From NCBI GenBank assembly GCA_964016885.1, contig OZ024743.1, forward strand, positions 285,138,001 to 285,202,000: a DNA stretch of 64,000 nucleotides, read 5' to 3'. The position numbers and the translations under genes were made by a program. Shown one piece after another: positions 1-12,975 of this stretch (position 1 is its first letter; the number at the start of each line of letters is the position of its first letter). Source of the stretch: Eledone cirrhosa (lineage: Eukaryota). The notes under the pieces are model-generated. The model was not told the origin of the DNA, searched no databases, and saw nothing but the letters and a program-made list of their open reading frames with translations.

Positions 1-141
1 TTTTTTAGTCAATCCTTGTAATTGTCTCCAGCCTCCTCCAAAATGTGTGGTCTTCTCCTACTTCTAGAAAACAATTATAGAGTCACCTCATTTCTAGTGG
101 TAAGCTGTAAATAGGTCTGGGATGAAATATATTTTACTCAC

Positions 142-255
142 TTATCTACAGTACCTGTAGTGGAGAGAGCCATTTGAGAATGAATGATGCAGATGACAGC
201 ACTTGTGGTGTTTGAGTCTTCAAATGGGAGATCAACATTCCTCTGATTATGCCAT
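142..255 (-). other. Possible exon of an unidentified gene extending out of the window
   Basis: ttacag acceptor, gtgagt donor and one open frame (WHNQRNVDLPFEDSN..), plus another acceptor-like ttttctag at about 64. No recognisable homology. Confidence 0.25.
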
Positions 256-1276
256 CTGTAACATATATAGAGATATTTATAAGACAAAACACAGGTTTAA
301 CGTCAGTTTAAAAAAATAGAATCTAAAAACTAGATGATTGAGTGAAAAATGAAGATTCTTGCCATTTAGTGATGGTGGATTTTGATGTAAACAAAACAGA
401 TTGAAAAGCTGTTTTAAAACATTGTCAAAATATGTTTTCTTTTATTTGTGTTTATTATTTTCTATTTTGTTTATTGTTAGATATTTTTTTCATTTTATTT
501 ATTTTTTTATATATTTTCCTTTTATTTACAATGTTTTGCTTCTGTATTCCATTGTCAATGGCAGAAACTATACTGGATATTTCTCAGTACTTAGTTATGA
601 CTCTCTGTGTTCTAGGATAAAATTCCTCTTGAGTTGTCTTTACCTTTCAGTCTTCTTAAATTGATAAAATAAGTGCCAGCAATATACTGAGACTATTGGA
701 TAACATCTATGAGCTTGGCTGGTCATGCTTGGGAATCCAGCCAGATCTTTTGGCAATGGTTGCTTCTGACAAGACCCACTGGAAGGAGTGTTTGAGGACT
801 CTTCCCCCCAAGACCCTCTCAGGAATAAGTGGACGAAGAAGATACCCTACCGTCTCCAATTTTATCAATTTTTTTTATATTTTATATTCTCACTTTTTTA
901 ATATTCTTCATTAATTTCATTTAATTTCTTATATCGTTTTTCTTTTCATTTGCTTTATTATTTTTTTTTTGTTTGCGTAGTGATTTTTTGTGTTGTCTTT
1001 TGTGTTGTTTGCTTGCCCCTTGGAGAAGTATTTTCCAGATGCAAACTCATGGTCAGTCATGACCAAAAGGGGCCTCTAATTATGTAGGCAGGTAAAATTG
1101 GGAATTGATGTCTCTTTAGTTTAAAGGATAACATTGTTTCACTGGCAATCAAATCTGTTCTTGGTATGAAAACTAAATTTCGTTTATGACTGACAGAATG
1201 TATACTAGCAAGATGGTAATGATCATATAGTTATCGATTAGTTGTAAAATGTCATTATTTAATTTGATAATTTGAT

Positions 1277-1470
1277 AGGGCGGGTGATTGGCAGTATCGG
1301 TAGAGAGTCGAACACCATGCTTTGAAGCATAGAGTTATGTCCCTTTATGATCTGAGTTCAAATCCCGCCAAGGTTAACTTTGCCTTTCATCCTTACGGGG
1401 TCGATAAAATAAAGTACCAGTAATGTACTGGTTAATTGCTGGCCTTGTGCCTAAAATAGAAACAATTATT
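1277..1470 (+). mobile_element. tRNA-derived SINE (Meta-domain-like core), representative copy
   Basis: A box tggcagtatcgg, B box gagttcaaatccc, core gcctttcatccttacggggtcgataaaataaagtaccag, (ATT)n tail. About 18 copies or fragments in the window. Confidence 0.88.
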
Positions 1471-1680
1471 TAATTTGATAATATTTTTATTTTTTGAAGT
1501 TAATACAACTCAGTTTGATACTTCATTGATTTGTTGCTTATTTACAAGATCTGTGATGCTGAACACTTCTACAGGATCTGTGATGCTGCACACTTCTTTA
1601 CTGATATCTTCACATGCAATCAATTCTTCAAGTCCCAAATTTTCAATATGCTCAGAGGAACAATTACCAATAGCCACAAA

Positions 1681-1900
1681 GAGCAGTGGATTGGCGGTAT
1701 CAGTAGAACATTGGACAACCTGGTTTATGGCATAGAATTATGCCCCTTTACAATCTGAGTTCAAATCCTGCCAAGGTTGGCTTTGCCTTTCATCGTTATG
1801 AGGTCAATAAAATAAAGTACCAGCAGCAATGCAGTGGAGTTGATTTAATCGACTTGCCCCTCCCCCAAAATTGTTTACCTTGTGCTTAAATCAGAAACCA
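1681..1900 (+). mobile_element. tRNA-derived SINE
   Basis: Same family as 1277. Confidence 0.85.
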
Positions 1901-2989
1901 ATATTCAGTAGCTATCTGTTGAACACATTTTGTTCTTCAGTTCTCAGGTACTCATTTAACTACATTACTTGAATGTGTTACCAGACAGGTAAGAATTTGG
2001 TGCTCCATTATAGCAATGTCTTGATATTATATTAGCAATCTGGTGAAAATCTCCTCTGAGATGAAGCATTTTCTACAAATGATTTATGACTATTTATATT
2101 GTCGTCAAGGAGGGCATTGATAAGGCAAAAGCAATACAAGGAAATGCAGAGACTTGCTTTAGGTGTTTGCAATATTTGGATTCAGCTTAAGGTACCAAAG
2201 AACTAAGTAGTGGTGTTAAACCATACTCCTTTCTCCTACTGCAAAACTACTTTTTCTAATCATCAAATCCAAATTTTGTGTTATTTCTAACACGCACGGA
2301 AGTAGAGTGCAGGAGAGGAGACTGCATTGGTATGGACATGTGATGCACATAGATTATGATCGCTTGGTGAAGAAGTGTCAAGTAATCCCAGTGAAGGGAG
2401 GCCTCAGTGAAGGAAGACCAAGGAAGACTTGAATGGATCTGGTGAGAGCTAATCTCAGATCATTAAAGCTCACAGAGGAGATGACAAAGGAACGTGACAA
2501 GTGGAGAGATGTTATACTGATGTTATATTATGTCTGTTGTTCCACGCTTACAACCCATGTAAGCGTGGAACAACAGACGTAATAGGATGATGCTGATGAT
2601 GACTGGTCATTGGCCCTGTTATTAATATGTATTGCATTAGCCTCAGTAGAATTCCTTACTTAAAATTGCATGTATTGTTTTGGCTTTTGCTTCACAAGCT
2701 ATATACTAGATGTTTTGTTATAAACCTGTCCATCCACTCTAACACAGTATGAACTTTTTCCTGGTTGAATACTAATGTGTGCTCCCATTGTGGTAGTGTG
2801 GGGGGATCCGAGTTATAAAAATGGATGTTGTCTTTGAAATTAGTATAGTAGAGATTAGCAGTGTCAAAAATAAATTCACATAGATATTTTAGAGGATTTA
2901 TTCTGGGGGAAGTAGTCCAGGATTTCTTTCACAATTGTTAAACTTTCCATCACTTGTTCTCTTATATTTGAAGTTTAATAATCTGCAGA

Positions 2990-3270
2990 TGAGCTGTTAG
3001 AACATCGGATAGAATGCATTGTGGTATTTGTTGCAACTATCTGCTCTCTGAGTTCAAATCCCACCAAGGTCAACTTTGCTTTTCATCCTTTGGAGGTCGA
3101 TAAAAAAAAAGTACCAGTCTAGTACTGGGGTCGATTATTCCTCTATATCTCTGTCTCACTTCCTGTCTCTCACTATCTACCCTTCTCTGGAAGAAATCTG
3201 CTGTATTCAGACCCGGAGAGGGATGGACTCTGCCAGGTTTTAAAATGCCCTAGAAATGCTGTATGTCAAT
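2990..3270 (+). mobile_element. tRNA-derived SINE, alternative-tail subfamily
   Basis: Same core with a different 3' part. Related copies at about 35555-35830 (+) and 47150-47435 (-). Confidence 0.75.
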
Positions 3271-4185
3271 ATAACACCTCTATGACTCCTCTAGGAGTTA
3301 CAGAACCATGCAATCTGCAGATATGGCAGATATAGCAGATATGGCAGATATTATTTACTGCATCATGGGTTAGGAGGTTAATTCTTAGTTTCAAATTGTT
3401 CTATTTAGGAAATATGGATCCTGCTTCTAATTGCTTCATATTTTCAGTGTTATTTTGTTCACTATATTAATGAAGCTTCATCCATGTCATTGTTTTTTCT
3501 ATCAGCAATTCTCTCTCATTATATCTCACTTTTCTTCAATTTCTTCTGGTGGTTAATTGTTTTTATTTATTTTGCTATACTTTCTTTGTTTATTCTTCTC
3601 CTTTCTTCTGGTGAGTAGTATCCCATTCTTTCTGAAAATCTCTCTTTCTTTCGATCTTCCACATTTCTTCTCTTTTATCTTGTAAAGACTTTCCTCTTCT
3701 ACAAACAATTATCTCTTTCTATATTTATCCTTTCCAGCACCTCTCCTTGTTATGCACCAAGTCTTTATATATGCTTTCTTCAATACGTATTTCTTCCCCT
3801 GGCCTTGTATTCATATTCATTTTCCTGTAACAAAGCCAGTTTCTTGTATTGAGCATCTTCAGTTCTTTCAGCTGCTGCCTTATTCAGACTTTGGCTTCTT
3901 TATCTTTCCTCTGCTTATCTTCATTGCATTTTGTTGTTCAGTTCCGCTCATTTTGTTGTGTTGTTAAACAATTGTTTGAAAGGTTTTACACATACAATAT
4001 ACTGGCATTCATTTTGCCCAGTATATGGTCTGAGTGTTGTAAACATGATATGCTTGTTTAGGGTATGGTATATAAACTATTCAAAATTGTTTATTTTTTA
4101 AGGATACAGTAATTTGTTGGTAGTGAAAAGGAAACTAAATTTTTTTTTTTAAGGGATAAAACATTATAAATTAGTTGTGGTCCCT

Positions 4186-4208
4186 CCTACTACTACTACT
4201 ACTACTAT

Positions 4209-4247
<39 letters not shown>

Positions 4248-4571
4248 CACTGACAGTGCCATTGACACCACTGCTGCCATCACCACTACTACTACTACTA
4301 CTAACCAGGACCTGGGGGCAGCGATGGGGGACAGGGGATTCTGGGGCATGAGAGTGAGATCCATCATCTCGACAGTAGTCGACGAGTGATGATGATGATG
4401 ACTACTACTACTACTACTACTACTACTGACAATGCCATCACCGCCACCACCACATCCACCACTACTGTCACCACCACCACCACTACTACTAACACCATCA
4501 CCACCACCACTACTACTACTACTACTACCACTGACAATGCCATCGCCACTGCCACCAGTTGTGGCCACTAA

Positions 4572-4602
<31 letters not shown>

Positions 4603-4655
4603 GGCAATGCCATCGCCACTACTACTAACACCACCACCACCACCACCACCACCAT

Positions 4656-4696
<41 letters not shown>

Positions 4697-4697
4697 T
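4186..4697. repeat. (ACT/ACC)n compound microsatellite with interspersed gacaatgccatc units
   Basis: Direct reading. Confidence 0.95.
4303..4401 (+). mobile_element. Ultra-short 3' end of an RTE-group LINE inside a microsatellite
   Basis: QDLGAAMGDRGFW..* resembles QDMAAIMRDRDRW of the 24002 element, followed by a (GAT)n tail. Confidence 0.6.
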
Positions 4698-5892
4698 TGC
4701 AAAGTTAGTCATGGATGCCTTTACTTTTTCCGTTTTGTTGTTTCATTAAGCAGTTGTTTATAAAACTTAATACATAAAATCATGGCTGTGTGGTGAAGTG
4801 GTTTGCTTTGCAACCATTTGATTTCAGGTTCAGTCCCTCTTGGGTTGACCAACCTCTTGTAAGTGAATTCGATAAACGAAAACTATATGGAAACCCATTC
4901 TATATGGATGTGTGTGTGTGTGTGTGTGTGGATGATTATTTGGATATGTTTATTAACATTTCTATTTATCTATGTTTCAACAAATAAAGGTCAATGAAAA
5001 AAATGTGCTGGGTCAATAAAAGTGACTAAACCATTAAATGCAGTACTCCAGCATGGTCACAGTCCAATGACTGAAATCAGTAAAAGAGTAAAATAGTAAA
5101 GAATACAATATACCATCTATATTTATGTTGTCTGTTCTTTCCATTTGGTCTCATGATATTACAACTCAGACCAGTGTAATACTTCTTATTCCATTTCACT
5201 TTTATTTAAATTTTCTCACTCTTTCTATCAGCCATTTACCACAGCAGCTGGTGTTCTTAAATCTTGCTATTATATAATACCATCCCCTAACAGAAACCTC
5301 TTGAATTTAACCCAGCTCAGTTAAAACAATGATAAAGGATGTCTTATTCTGTAAATAATTGTTTCTACTTTAGGCACAAGGCCAGCAATTTGAAGAGGCG
5401 AGGAAAGTCAATTAAATTGACCTCAGTGCATTACTGGTGCTTTTTTTTCGACCCCATAATGATGAAAGGCAAAGCTAACCTCAACAGGATTTGAACTCAG
5501 AACTTAAAGGGCCATAACAAACAATGCTACTAAAGTAATTCATAGCTACAAATGTATATCATCAACATGCATGTATGGTTCTTTCAATATTTTTGTTGTT
5601 GTTGTTGTTGTTGTTGTTTAGCACCAGATCAGACATAATTGAACAAACTTACAGTCAAATTCACTCCAGCCATGACCATCCTGTCTCATAACTAGACCCA
5701 GTATATCTTGAATTATATTATCCAATGTATGGTTTTAAAAAACACATAGGGTGCAATTTGAGAAGGAATTGGCTACTATTTTTAACATGTCAAGAGACAA
5801 CATAGAGTCATTCCCTTGTGTTATTCAAAGGCCCTCGCCTGTGGTTTATCAATAAGCAGTATATATGACTTCCACTTTTCTATAGCCTAAGC

Positions 5893-6059
5893 CAGGGTTT
5901 CGCAAACTTTTTCAAATGCAGAACCCTTTTTGGTTCGGAAACTTTTAGAGAAACCCCAAAGTCTAATACTGTTATATGGTCGTAATATAAATATACTCTT
6001 CTACCTTTTTACACCAAACCCCAGACACTCCTTTGCAGAACCCACTTTGGTAACCACTG
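5893..6059. mobile_element. hAT (Charlie-like) MITE
   Basis: CAGGGTTTCGCAAA..TTTGGTAACCACTG termini, 8-bp flanks gcctaagc/gcctatac. Confidence 0.7.
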
Positions 6060-6240
6060 GCCTATACAATGATTACTAATCATGAGTTACAACATTTGTA
6101 TAAGACTGTGCTTATTTTAATGACCATGGGGAGATGTAATGAATTGTGAACATAGAAGGACAAAACAAAAGACTATAAGGCTGACAGCCTGACATGCTGC
6201 CATTTCTGCAACTTCATCAATCCAAGACATTGATTATTAA

Positions 6241-6430
6241 TAATTGTTTCTACTTTTGGCACAAGGCCAGCAATTACCCCCAGTGCATTACCGGTACTTT
6301 ATTTTATCGACTCTGTAAGGATGAAAGGCAAAGTTAACCTCGGCGGGATTTGAACTCATAATGTAAAGGGACATAACTCTATGCTGCAAAGCATGGTGTC
6401 TGACACTCTACCGATACTGCCAATCCATTT
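6241..6430 (-). mobile_element. tRNA-derived SINE
   Basis: Same family. Other minus copies at about 5356, 9013, 14945, 21343 and 31716. Confidence 0.85.
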
Positions 6431-6755
6431 ATTAATAATAATTATATATAACCATTTAAAAAAATGACATCTTGTCCTATTGCTAAAATTGATAAACCCA
6501 GACATACAGCAGTACAGTGATCTTGCACCATGCAGCTCTGTGCAAGGTTATTGGGATCAATATCAGTTCGCAATTTCTTTTTTTTATGGAACAGTATGCC
6601 ATAAAAAGCCTGCACAGAAAAGTTCTTTAAAAGAAGGAATTTATGCAGAGCACACCTATCTTCCTCCATCCAAACTGTCTATTGTTTAATGTAATTTTAA
6701 TACAATGTTCCACACTGTAAATGTGGTTGGTGTTAGGAAGGGCATCCAGCTGTGA

Positions 6756-6907
6756 AATATGTGGTATAAAACCCAGGGTTGGATCTTCAACACAATGGAG
6801 ATATTTATATACAGAGTAGCATATGTATCACTAGATACATATGCTACTCTGTATATAAATATCTCCATTGTGTTGAAGATCCAACTCTGGATTTTATACC
6901 ACATATT
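6756..6907. repeat. Near-perfect palindrome (74-bp arms, 4-nt loop)
   Basis: Arms 6756-6829 and 6834-6907, 2 mismatches. Confidence 0.95.
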
Positions 6908-7085
6908 ATTGTTTAGGCAATATGAAAATCTAGCCAAATATTTATGACAACTTTATTTTCGTTGGTGGGTATGCTGCACTACAATAATAGTTAAATATAT
7001 TTTCTCTACTTATTTAACCTACTAATATATATAAAGTACTCATTTAAAACTAGTCTCTCCTATTCTTGTACTAAAAAATACCAAT

Positions 7086-8596
7086 ATCATCATCATCATC
7101 ATCATCAACGATTAACGTCCGTGTTCCACGCTTGCATGGGTTTGGACGGGGGTTTTCCCACTTGAGGCAAGAGTGATTGTCTTGCTCGCATAGGACTGTC
7201 TGGCAGGTTTTCTACAGTCGGATGCCCTTCCTAACACCAACCACATTTACAGTGTGGGGCTGGGAGGTTTTTACTGTGTTGCCTACACGGCCACATTACA
7301 GCGTGGACTGTGTGTTTTTTTGTCGTGACACCTACACGATCTCATTTGTTTCGGCCTGGATGGTGTGGCACCAACATAACTTTACATAGAAGGGGGCGGT
7401 GTGGATGGGGTGGGGGTGGTGGGACGGGGGTGTGTTTTGTTAGAGATGCCTACTGACTGTAGTAGGTTTTACTATGTATTTAGGTAAGGCGGGTCTTCTC
7501 TATTACTGAGTACCGCCAAAGGTCTCGGTCCAGTGACATTGTCTTGGAGAGGTGTAAGTGTGTGAGGTCGGAGTTTATCAGCTCGTCCCAGGTTTTTCTA
7601 GGTCTGCCTATTCCGTGACTACCGTCTATCTTTATTGCCCTGCACTTTGTTATACAGCTATCGACTTTCATGCGCATCACGTGTCCATACCAACGTAGCC
7701 TTCTCTCGAGTAAACAACATCTGATCCCTCTTATCTCTAATTTTTTCCTTAGTTCGTTTATGCTTTGCCGTTCACGTATATTACTATTACACATCCAGCG
7801 GAGCATGCAAGCTTCGTTCCTCTCTAGTCTACGTATATCCTCTGCACACAATGCCCAGGTCTCACTGCCATGCAGCATTGCTGTTCGTATGCAGGCATCA
7901 TACAACCTGCCTTTCGTTTTTAGGGAGAACCCTTTAGCGGCTAATAGTGGTATAAGCTCTCTGAACTTTTTCCATCCAGTTCTGACTCTAGCTACTGTAC
8001 TTTCAGAACATCCTCCACCACTGCTGATTTTGTCACCTAGGTAACGGAAGGTGTCCACTATTTCTATAGAACCCTCTGCGCAATTGAAAGAGCTAGTATT
8101 TTGTGGGCACTTGCTGCTACTTATTGCACCAGAGCACCGGCCACATGTGAAATCTATGTTCTTAGTTAGCTTACCTGTGATCCCACTACATCTTTTATGC
8201 ACCCATACTTTGCATTTCTGACACAAAATGGAGTTTCTACCTACGCCTTTCCTACACTTCCCGGAAGGGACCGCCGCCTTATTTTCTTTCCTACAAACTA
8301 GAACTTTGGTCTTAGCCAGATTAATTTTAAGGCCTTTTGATTCTAGGCCGTGCTTCCATGTTTGGAATTTCTTCTCTAGCTCGGCCATTGATTCAGCTAT
8401 GAGTGTTAGGTCATCTGCGTATAGGAGTTCCCATGAGCAGCCAGTCTTGAACTCCTCTGTTATAGCCTGAAGGGCAATAATAAATAGTAGGGGGCTGAGA
8501 ACAGAGCCCTGATGGACGCCAACTTTTACGCTAAACTCTTCACTATATTCGTTGTTAATTCTAACCTTGCTGACTGTTTCTTTATACATGGCTTGT
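7086..8596 (-). mobile_element. RTE LINE, 5'-truncated
   Basis: ORF 7480-8589 ([14 protein letters not shown]), shared 3' UTR, (GAT)n tail, 5' end abuts (TA)n. Confidence 0.95.
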
Positions 8597-8605
8597 ATAT
8601 ATATT

Positions 8606-8666
<61 letters not shown>

Positions 8667-8668
<2 letters not shown>

Positions 8669-8998
8669 GCCATGGTACCTCCACGACCACTTTGCAGTGC
8701 GAGGGTGTGGGGGCATATTGTCTATATGCTTCAGCTTCAGCTTGTATCCGTGGGGCATCGGGTCTTCTGTATTACTATGTGACGCCAGAGGTCACGGCTG
8801 TGTGTCATCGCCTTTGAGAGGTGTAATTGGGTAAGGTCGACTTTTATCACCTCATCCCAGGTCTTCTTGGGTCTCCCCACTCCGCGATTTCCATCGACTT
8901 CTAGTGCTCTGCACCTTTTTATGCAGCTGTCATCCTTCATACGCATCATATGTCCATACCAACGCAACCGCCTCTCCTGCACACAGCATTTGATTCTT
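8667..8998 (-). mobile_element. RTE LINE 3' fragment (related subfamily)
   Basis: [19 protein letters not shown]. Confidence 0.85.
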
Positions 8999-9229
8999 CT
9001 TATATATATATATAATTGTTTCTACCTTTGGCACAAGGCCAGCAATTACCCAGTACATTACTGGTACTTTATTTTATCGACCCTGTAAGGATGAAAGGCA
9101 AAGTTAACCTTGGTGGGATTTGAACTCAGACCATAAAGGGCCGTAACTCTTATATATATATAATTCGTTCAAAACATCAGTGATCCACAGAAGACAGCCG
9201 AATTGTCCTTGTGTTTGTGTTTCTCCCAC

Positions 9230-9291
<62 letters not shown>

Positions 9292-9481
9292 TATATATAG
9301 TAATAATAATAAATTTAAAGACTAAAATCCAAAGAGGGCTCGATAAGGATAAATATATATCAAATATATAAGAACCGTAGAGCAAATATTTATTAAAATA
9401 ACAGATTAAAGTTTAAGCAAAGAATCGCTGCTTTCACCCTTAACGGGATCTTCTGAAAAAGAGTTTTTTTGTAATCGATCT

Positions 9482-10535
9482 TCAACTTTGTAATCGAGCT
9501 TCAACTTTCATGATACTTTGTTTCGTTGGGGGAGACCACAGTGGACAACAGTATTCAAGGTGGGGTCGGATAAAAGTGGAGAAGAGAAAGATAACAGTGT
9601 GGATATCTCTCGACTGGAAGATTTTGAGAATCCAGGAACACATTCTGCGGGCCATGTCAACTTTGCTGTTTATATGAGTGGCCCAGCTTATGTTGTTGTC
9701 CACAATCACCCCCAGGTCTCTGTTGATGCTACGAGAGTTTCACCCGAAGGAAGAGAGTATGGTAGTTTCAGGGCATCCTTTTTTCCAAAGTAGATTAATT
9801 CAAACTTATCCTCATTCAACAGCATATTGTTCTTTTCTGCCCATTGGATAACAGTCAGTAGGTCTGACTGAAGGCAAGTCCGGTCACCCACCTCATTGAT
9901 GACCCTTTGGAGCTTGGAATCATCTGCAAAGATTCTTATGTTGTTGTGCTTGATGATGTCAGTAATGTCATTAATTGTTTCTACTTTTTGGCACAAGGCC
10001 AGCAATTACCCAGTGCATTACTGGTACTTTATTTTATCGACCCCGTAAGGATGAAAAGCAAAGTTAACCTCAGCGGGATTTGAACTCAACACAGTGCCTT
10101 GTGGGACGCCACTGCTGACTTTGGCAGGGCTTGATTTTACTCCTTCGACTACAACATGCTGGGTTCTGCCTGTCAGGAAACATTTGATCCACTGTAGTAA
10201 CTTTCCAGAGATACCAATATTGGATAGTTTTTTCAGTAGAATCTTATGATCAACCCTGTCAAAGGCCTTGCTGAAATCAAGGTAGATGACATCAGTGTTG
10301 GAGCCCTCTCCCAAGGCTCTCAAAACATCATCAGAGTGATGCAGGGGCTGCGTTAGGCAGTCACTTCCATTACAGATCCCATGTTGGTTGGAGTTCAGCA
10401 GGTCATTGCTTTCAAGAAAGTGGGTTATTCGTGATCTCACCACCCTCTCAAATACCTTGATGATATGAGAGGTGAGTGAGATCGGACGGTAGTTCACTGC
10501 AAGGGACTTATTTCCCTTTTTGAAGACTGGGACAG
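9482..10535 (-). mobile_element. CR1-type LINE (different subfamily), RT region interrupted by a SINE
   Basis: [37 protein letters not shown]. Confidence 0.9.
9972..10088 (-). mobile_element. SINE fragment inside the CR1 RT
   Basis: Core and tail only, no TSD. Confidence 0.85.
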
Positions 10536-10593
10536 AAAGTTTTTAGGAATATAGCCAGTATCCAGTGAGTTCCTCCACAGGTTAGCAAGAGAA

Positions 10594-11135
10594 GATGCAA
10601 GATGGAAGTTACAGAGTAGGTAGATCCAGAAAAACCTGGGACGATTTGATAAATTCCAACCTTACACACTTGCACCTCTCTAAGACAATGTCACTGGACC
10701 GAGATCTTTGGCGCCTACGCAGTAATACAGCAGACCCACCTTGCCTATGTCCAAAGCAAAACCTACAGTCAGTAGGCACCTCTTAACCAAATATACACCC
10801 AATCCACTACCCCCCACTCCCTCCTCCCACTCCCACCAACACCGCCCTCTCTCTATAAAGTTGGTACCACAAGATCCTGTCCAAATAAATAAGAAAATGA
10901 GATCGTGTAGGTGTCACAACAAAAAAACACACAGTCCACGCTGTAATATGGCCGTGTAGGTAACACGGTAAAAAGTTCCCAGTCCACACTGTTGGTGTTA
11001 GGAAGGGCATCCAGCCATAGAAAACCTGCCAGATAGTCCTATATGAGCGAGACACGGTCACCCGACCAACTCCCGTCTAACCCATGCTAGCGTGGAAGAT
11101 GGACATTAAACGATGATGATGATGATGATGATGAT
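10594..11135 (+). mobile_element. RTE LINE 3' end, diverged
   Basis: GRSRKTWDDLINSNL.., 3' UTR and (GAT)n tail. Confidence 0.85.
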
Positions 11136-11141
11136 GCATGA

Positions 11142-11190
<49 letters not shown>

Positions 11191-11434
11191 CATATATATT
11201 CCCTTCACAGCTCTGTATATACACACACACATATGCATGCGCACATGTATAGCTCTATATACAATACGTTTTTTTCCATTTCAGGTTGACGCACTCCATA
11301 TATCATACACTAAACACCACATCAACAGTTTTCCAAGAGATGGCAACATGAATGGACCTGTTATTTTTCTCTAAAAACATTTTTTCCAATTCCGCCCTGC
11401 CCGTCCCTATCAATCTTTCTAATTTCTCATTCTT

Positions 11435-11470
11435 TCTTCTGATGAAGGACTAGCGTCCGAAATGTTAAGA
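11435..11470 (+). ncRNA. Minimal type I hammerhead ribozyme-like motif (Penelope-type)
   Basis: tctt-CTGATGA-a-GGAC tagc GTCC-GAAA-tgt-t-aaga. Confidence 0.6.
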
Positions 11471-11561
11471 CCCTCTTCCTGCTTTTTCAAGCGTTAAACT
11501 AATATATTCCTTCTATATACTGTACTGATTGTGTTATTATTTCTGTCTACCTTTTACATAC

Positions 11562-11591
<30 letters not shown>

Positions 11592-11592
<1 letters not shown>

Positions 11593-11693
11593 TAGGAAAA
11601 AGTATGACCCCGACGGCAGAGCTCAAGCCGTTTTGACGGAAATAGCCGTCAAAACGGCTTGAGCTCTGCAGTCGGGGTCATACTTTTTCCTAT
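11592..11693. repeat. Near-perfect palindrome (48-bp arms, 6-nt loop)
   Basis: Arms 11592-11639 and 11646-11693, 1 mismatch. Confidence 0.95.
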
Positions 11694-11769
11694 TTCCCAC
11701 TCTACTACCCTAAGTATTGAGTACTCTGGTGCGTTATGGTCCATCTGGTTCCTTACCACAATTCCTTTG

Positions 11770-11852
<83 letters not shown>

Positions 11853-12040
11853 CATATACACACACACACTAGTTCCTTGTTACATTAGCTATACTTATGT
11901 ATCATTGTATATATTATCATTCTAAATCAGAATCTTCTCATTTTCCTTGAGCTCTCCTGCTAACAGCTTTGCTCAAAAAAAAAAAGAAAAAGGAAGGATT
12001 TTTCATATAACAATAATATCTACTCCTCTCTTTCTATGTA

Positions 12041-12073
<33 letters not shown>

Positions 12074-12975
12074 GTGTGTTTCATTCATATGAAATCATAC
12101 GAATAAAACAGTTCTAGTCCTGCAGAAGCCATTTCTATATTAAATAATTATATATATATATAATCATCACCACCATCATCATCTCATCAATCAGTTTTAA
12201 GCTGGTAAAATTCTACAGCTGGATGCCCTTTCTAATGATAACCCTCATTTGTTCTTTTTTGTTTTTTTAATGTAAGGTACAGATCTTTGCATCTCTATCC
12301 ACAGAGCAGTGTGACTTCCTTTTATGCAGAATGTAAACAAATTTAACAGCCTGAGTTTGATCTTGTAAACTTCTGCTAGAAACCAGTAAGAATATTGTAT
12401 ACCCACCAAGCACGGTAGCAGAAAAGTTAACATTTAAAAATTAATGAATTCAGAGGAATTAAGTAAATTTGTATATCCTGATCATCATCATTAGATGGTT
12501 ATTTTGGTGCGACAATAAAAATCACCTAAACAACCATCTAACAGTGTGGACTGGGTGCTTTTTTGTCATGTTACCAACACAACCACATTACAGCGTGGTT
12601 TGGGAGCATTTTGTCATGTCACCAGTACAACCGTCTTATAGCATAGACTGTGCTTTTTGTTGTCATCAGCATAACCACCTTACAGTGATTGATTTTTGCT
12701 GGTGTGGCAGGACTGTGGGAGAGCAGGTGTGGAATGTGTCCAGCTTTTCAAGCTTGTATGCATGAGTTAGACAAGTTGTGTAAAGTATTTTGCAAAAAAA
12801 TAGTGTTTTCCCAGAAAAAAATCTTAAGTGTAACTTTTTAGTCTAGCTTTTACATTAGTCTATTTATTTATGTTTTGTGCATTTTTGTGAAGCTCAACAA
12901 AAACTATCTTCTGATACCAGTATGTGTTTGGATTGCATGTGTAGGGATGGGGGGGGGGGTTAATATTAAGGTTAC

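Noticed and set aside
1277-1365. tRNA genes
   Set aside because: The A/B boxes belong to SINE heads continuing into the SINE core, with no complete cloverleaf.
1495-2200. Acidic coding-like minus-strand stretch
   Set aside because: Interrupted by stops and a SINE, with no recognisable motif or splice pattern. Possibly an old transposon remnant.
3450-4060. Purine-rich minus-strand region resembling a decayed LINE C-terminus
   Set aside because: Too degenerate to assign by eye.
4164-4749. Poly-Val, poly-Thr and poly-Pro ORFs (mucin-like)
   Set aside because: Translations of a trinucleotide microsatellite with no splice or domain support.
9422-9460. Minus-strand hammerhead-like motif (CAGAAGA..GAAA)
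   Set aside because: The core is mutated and stems I and III are not convincing.
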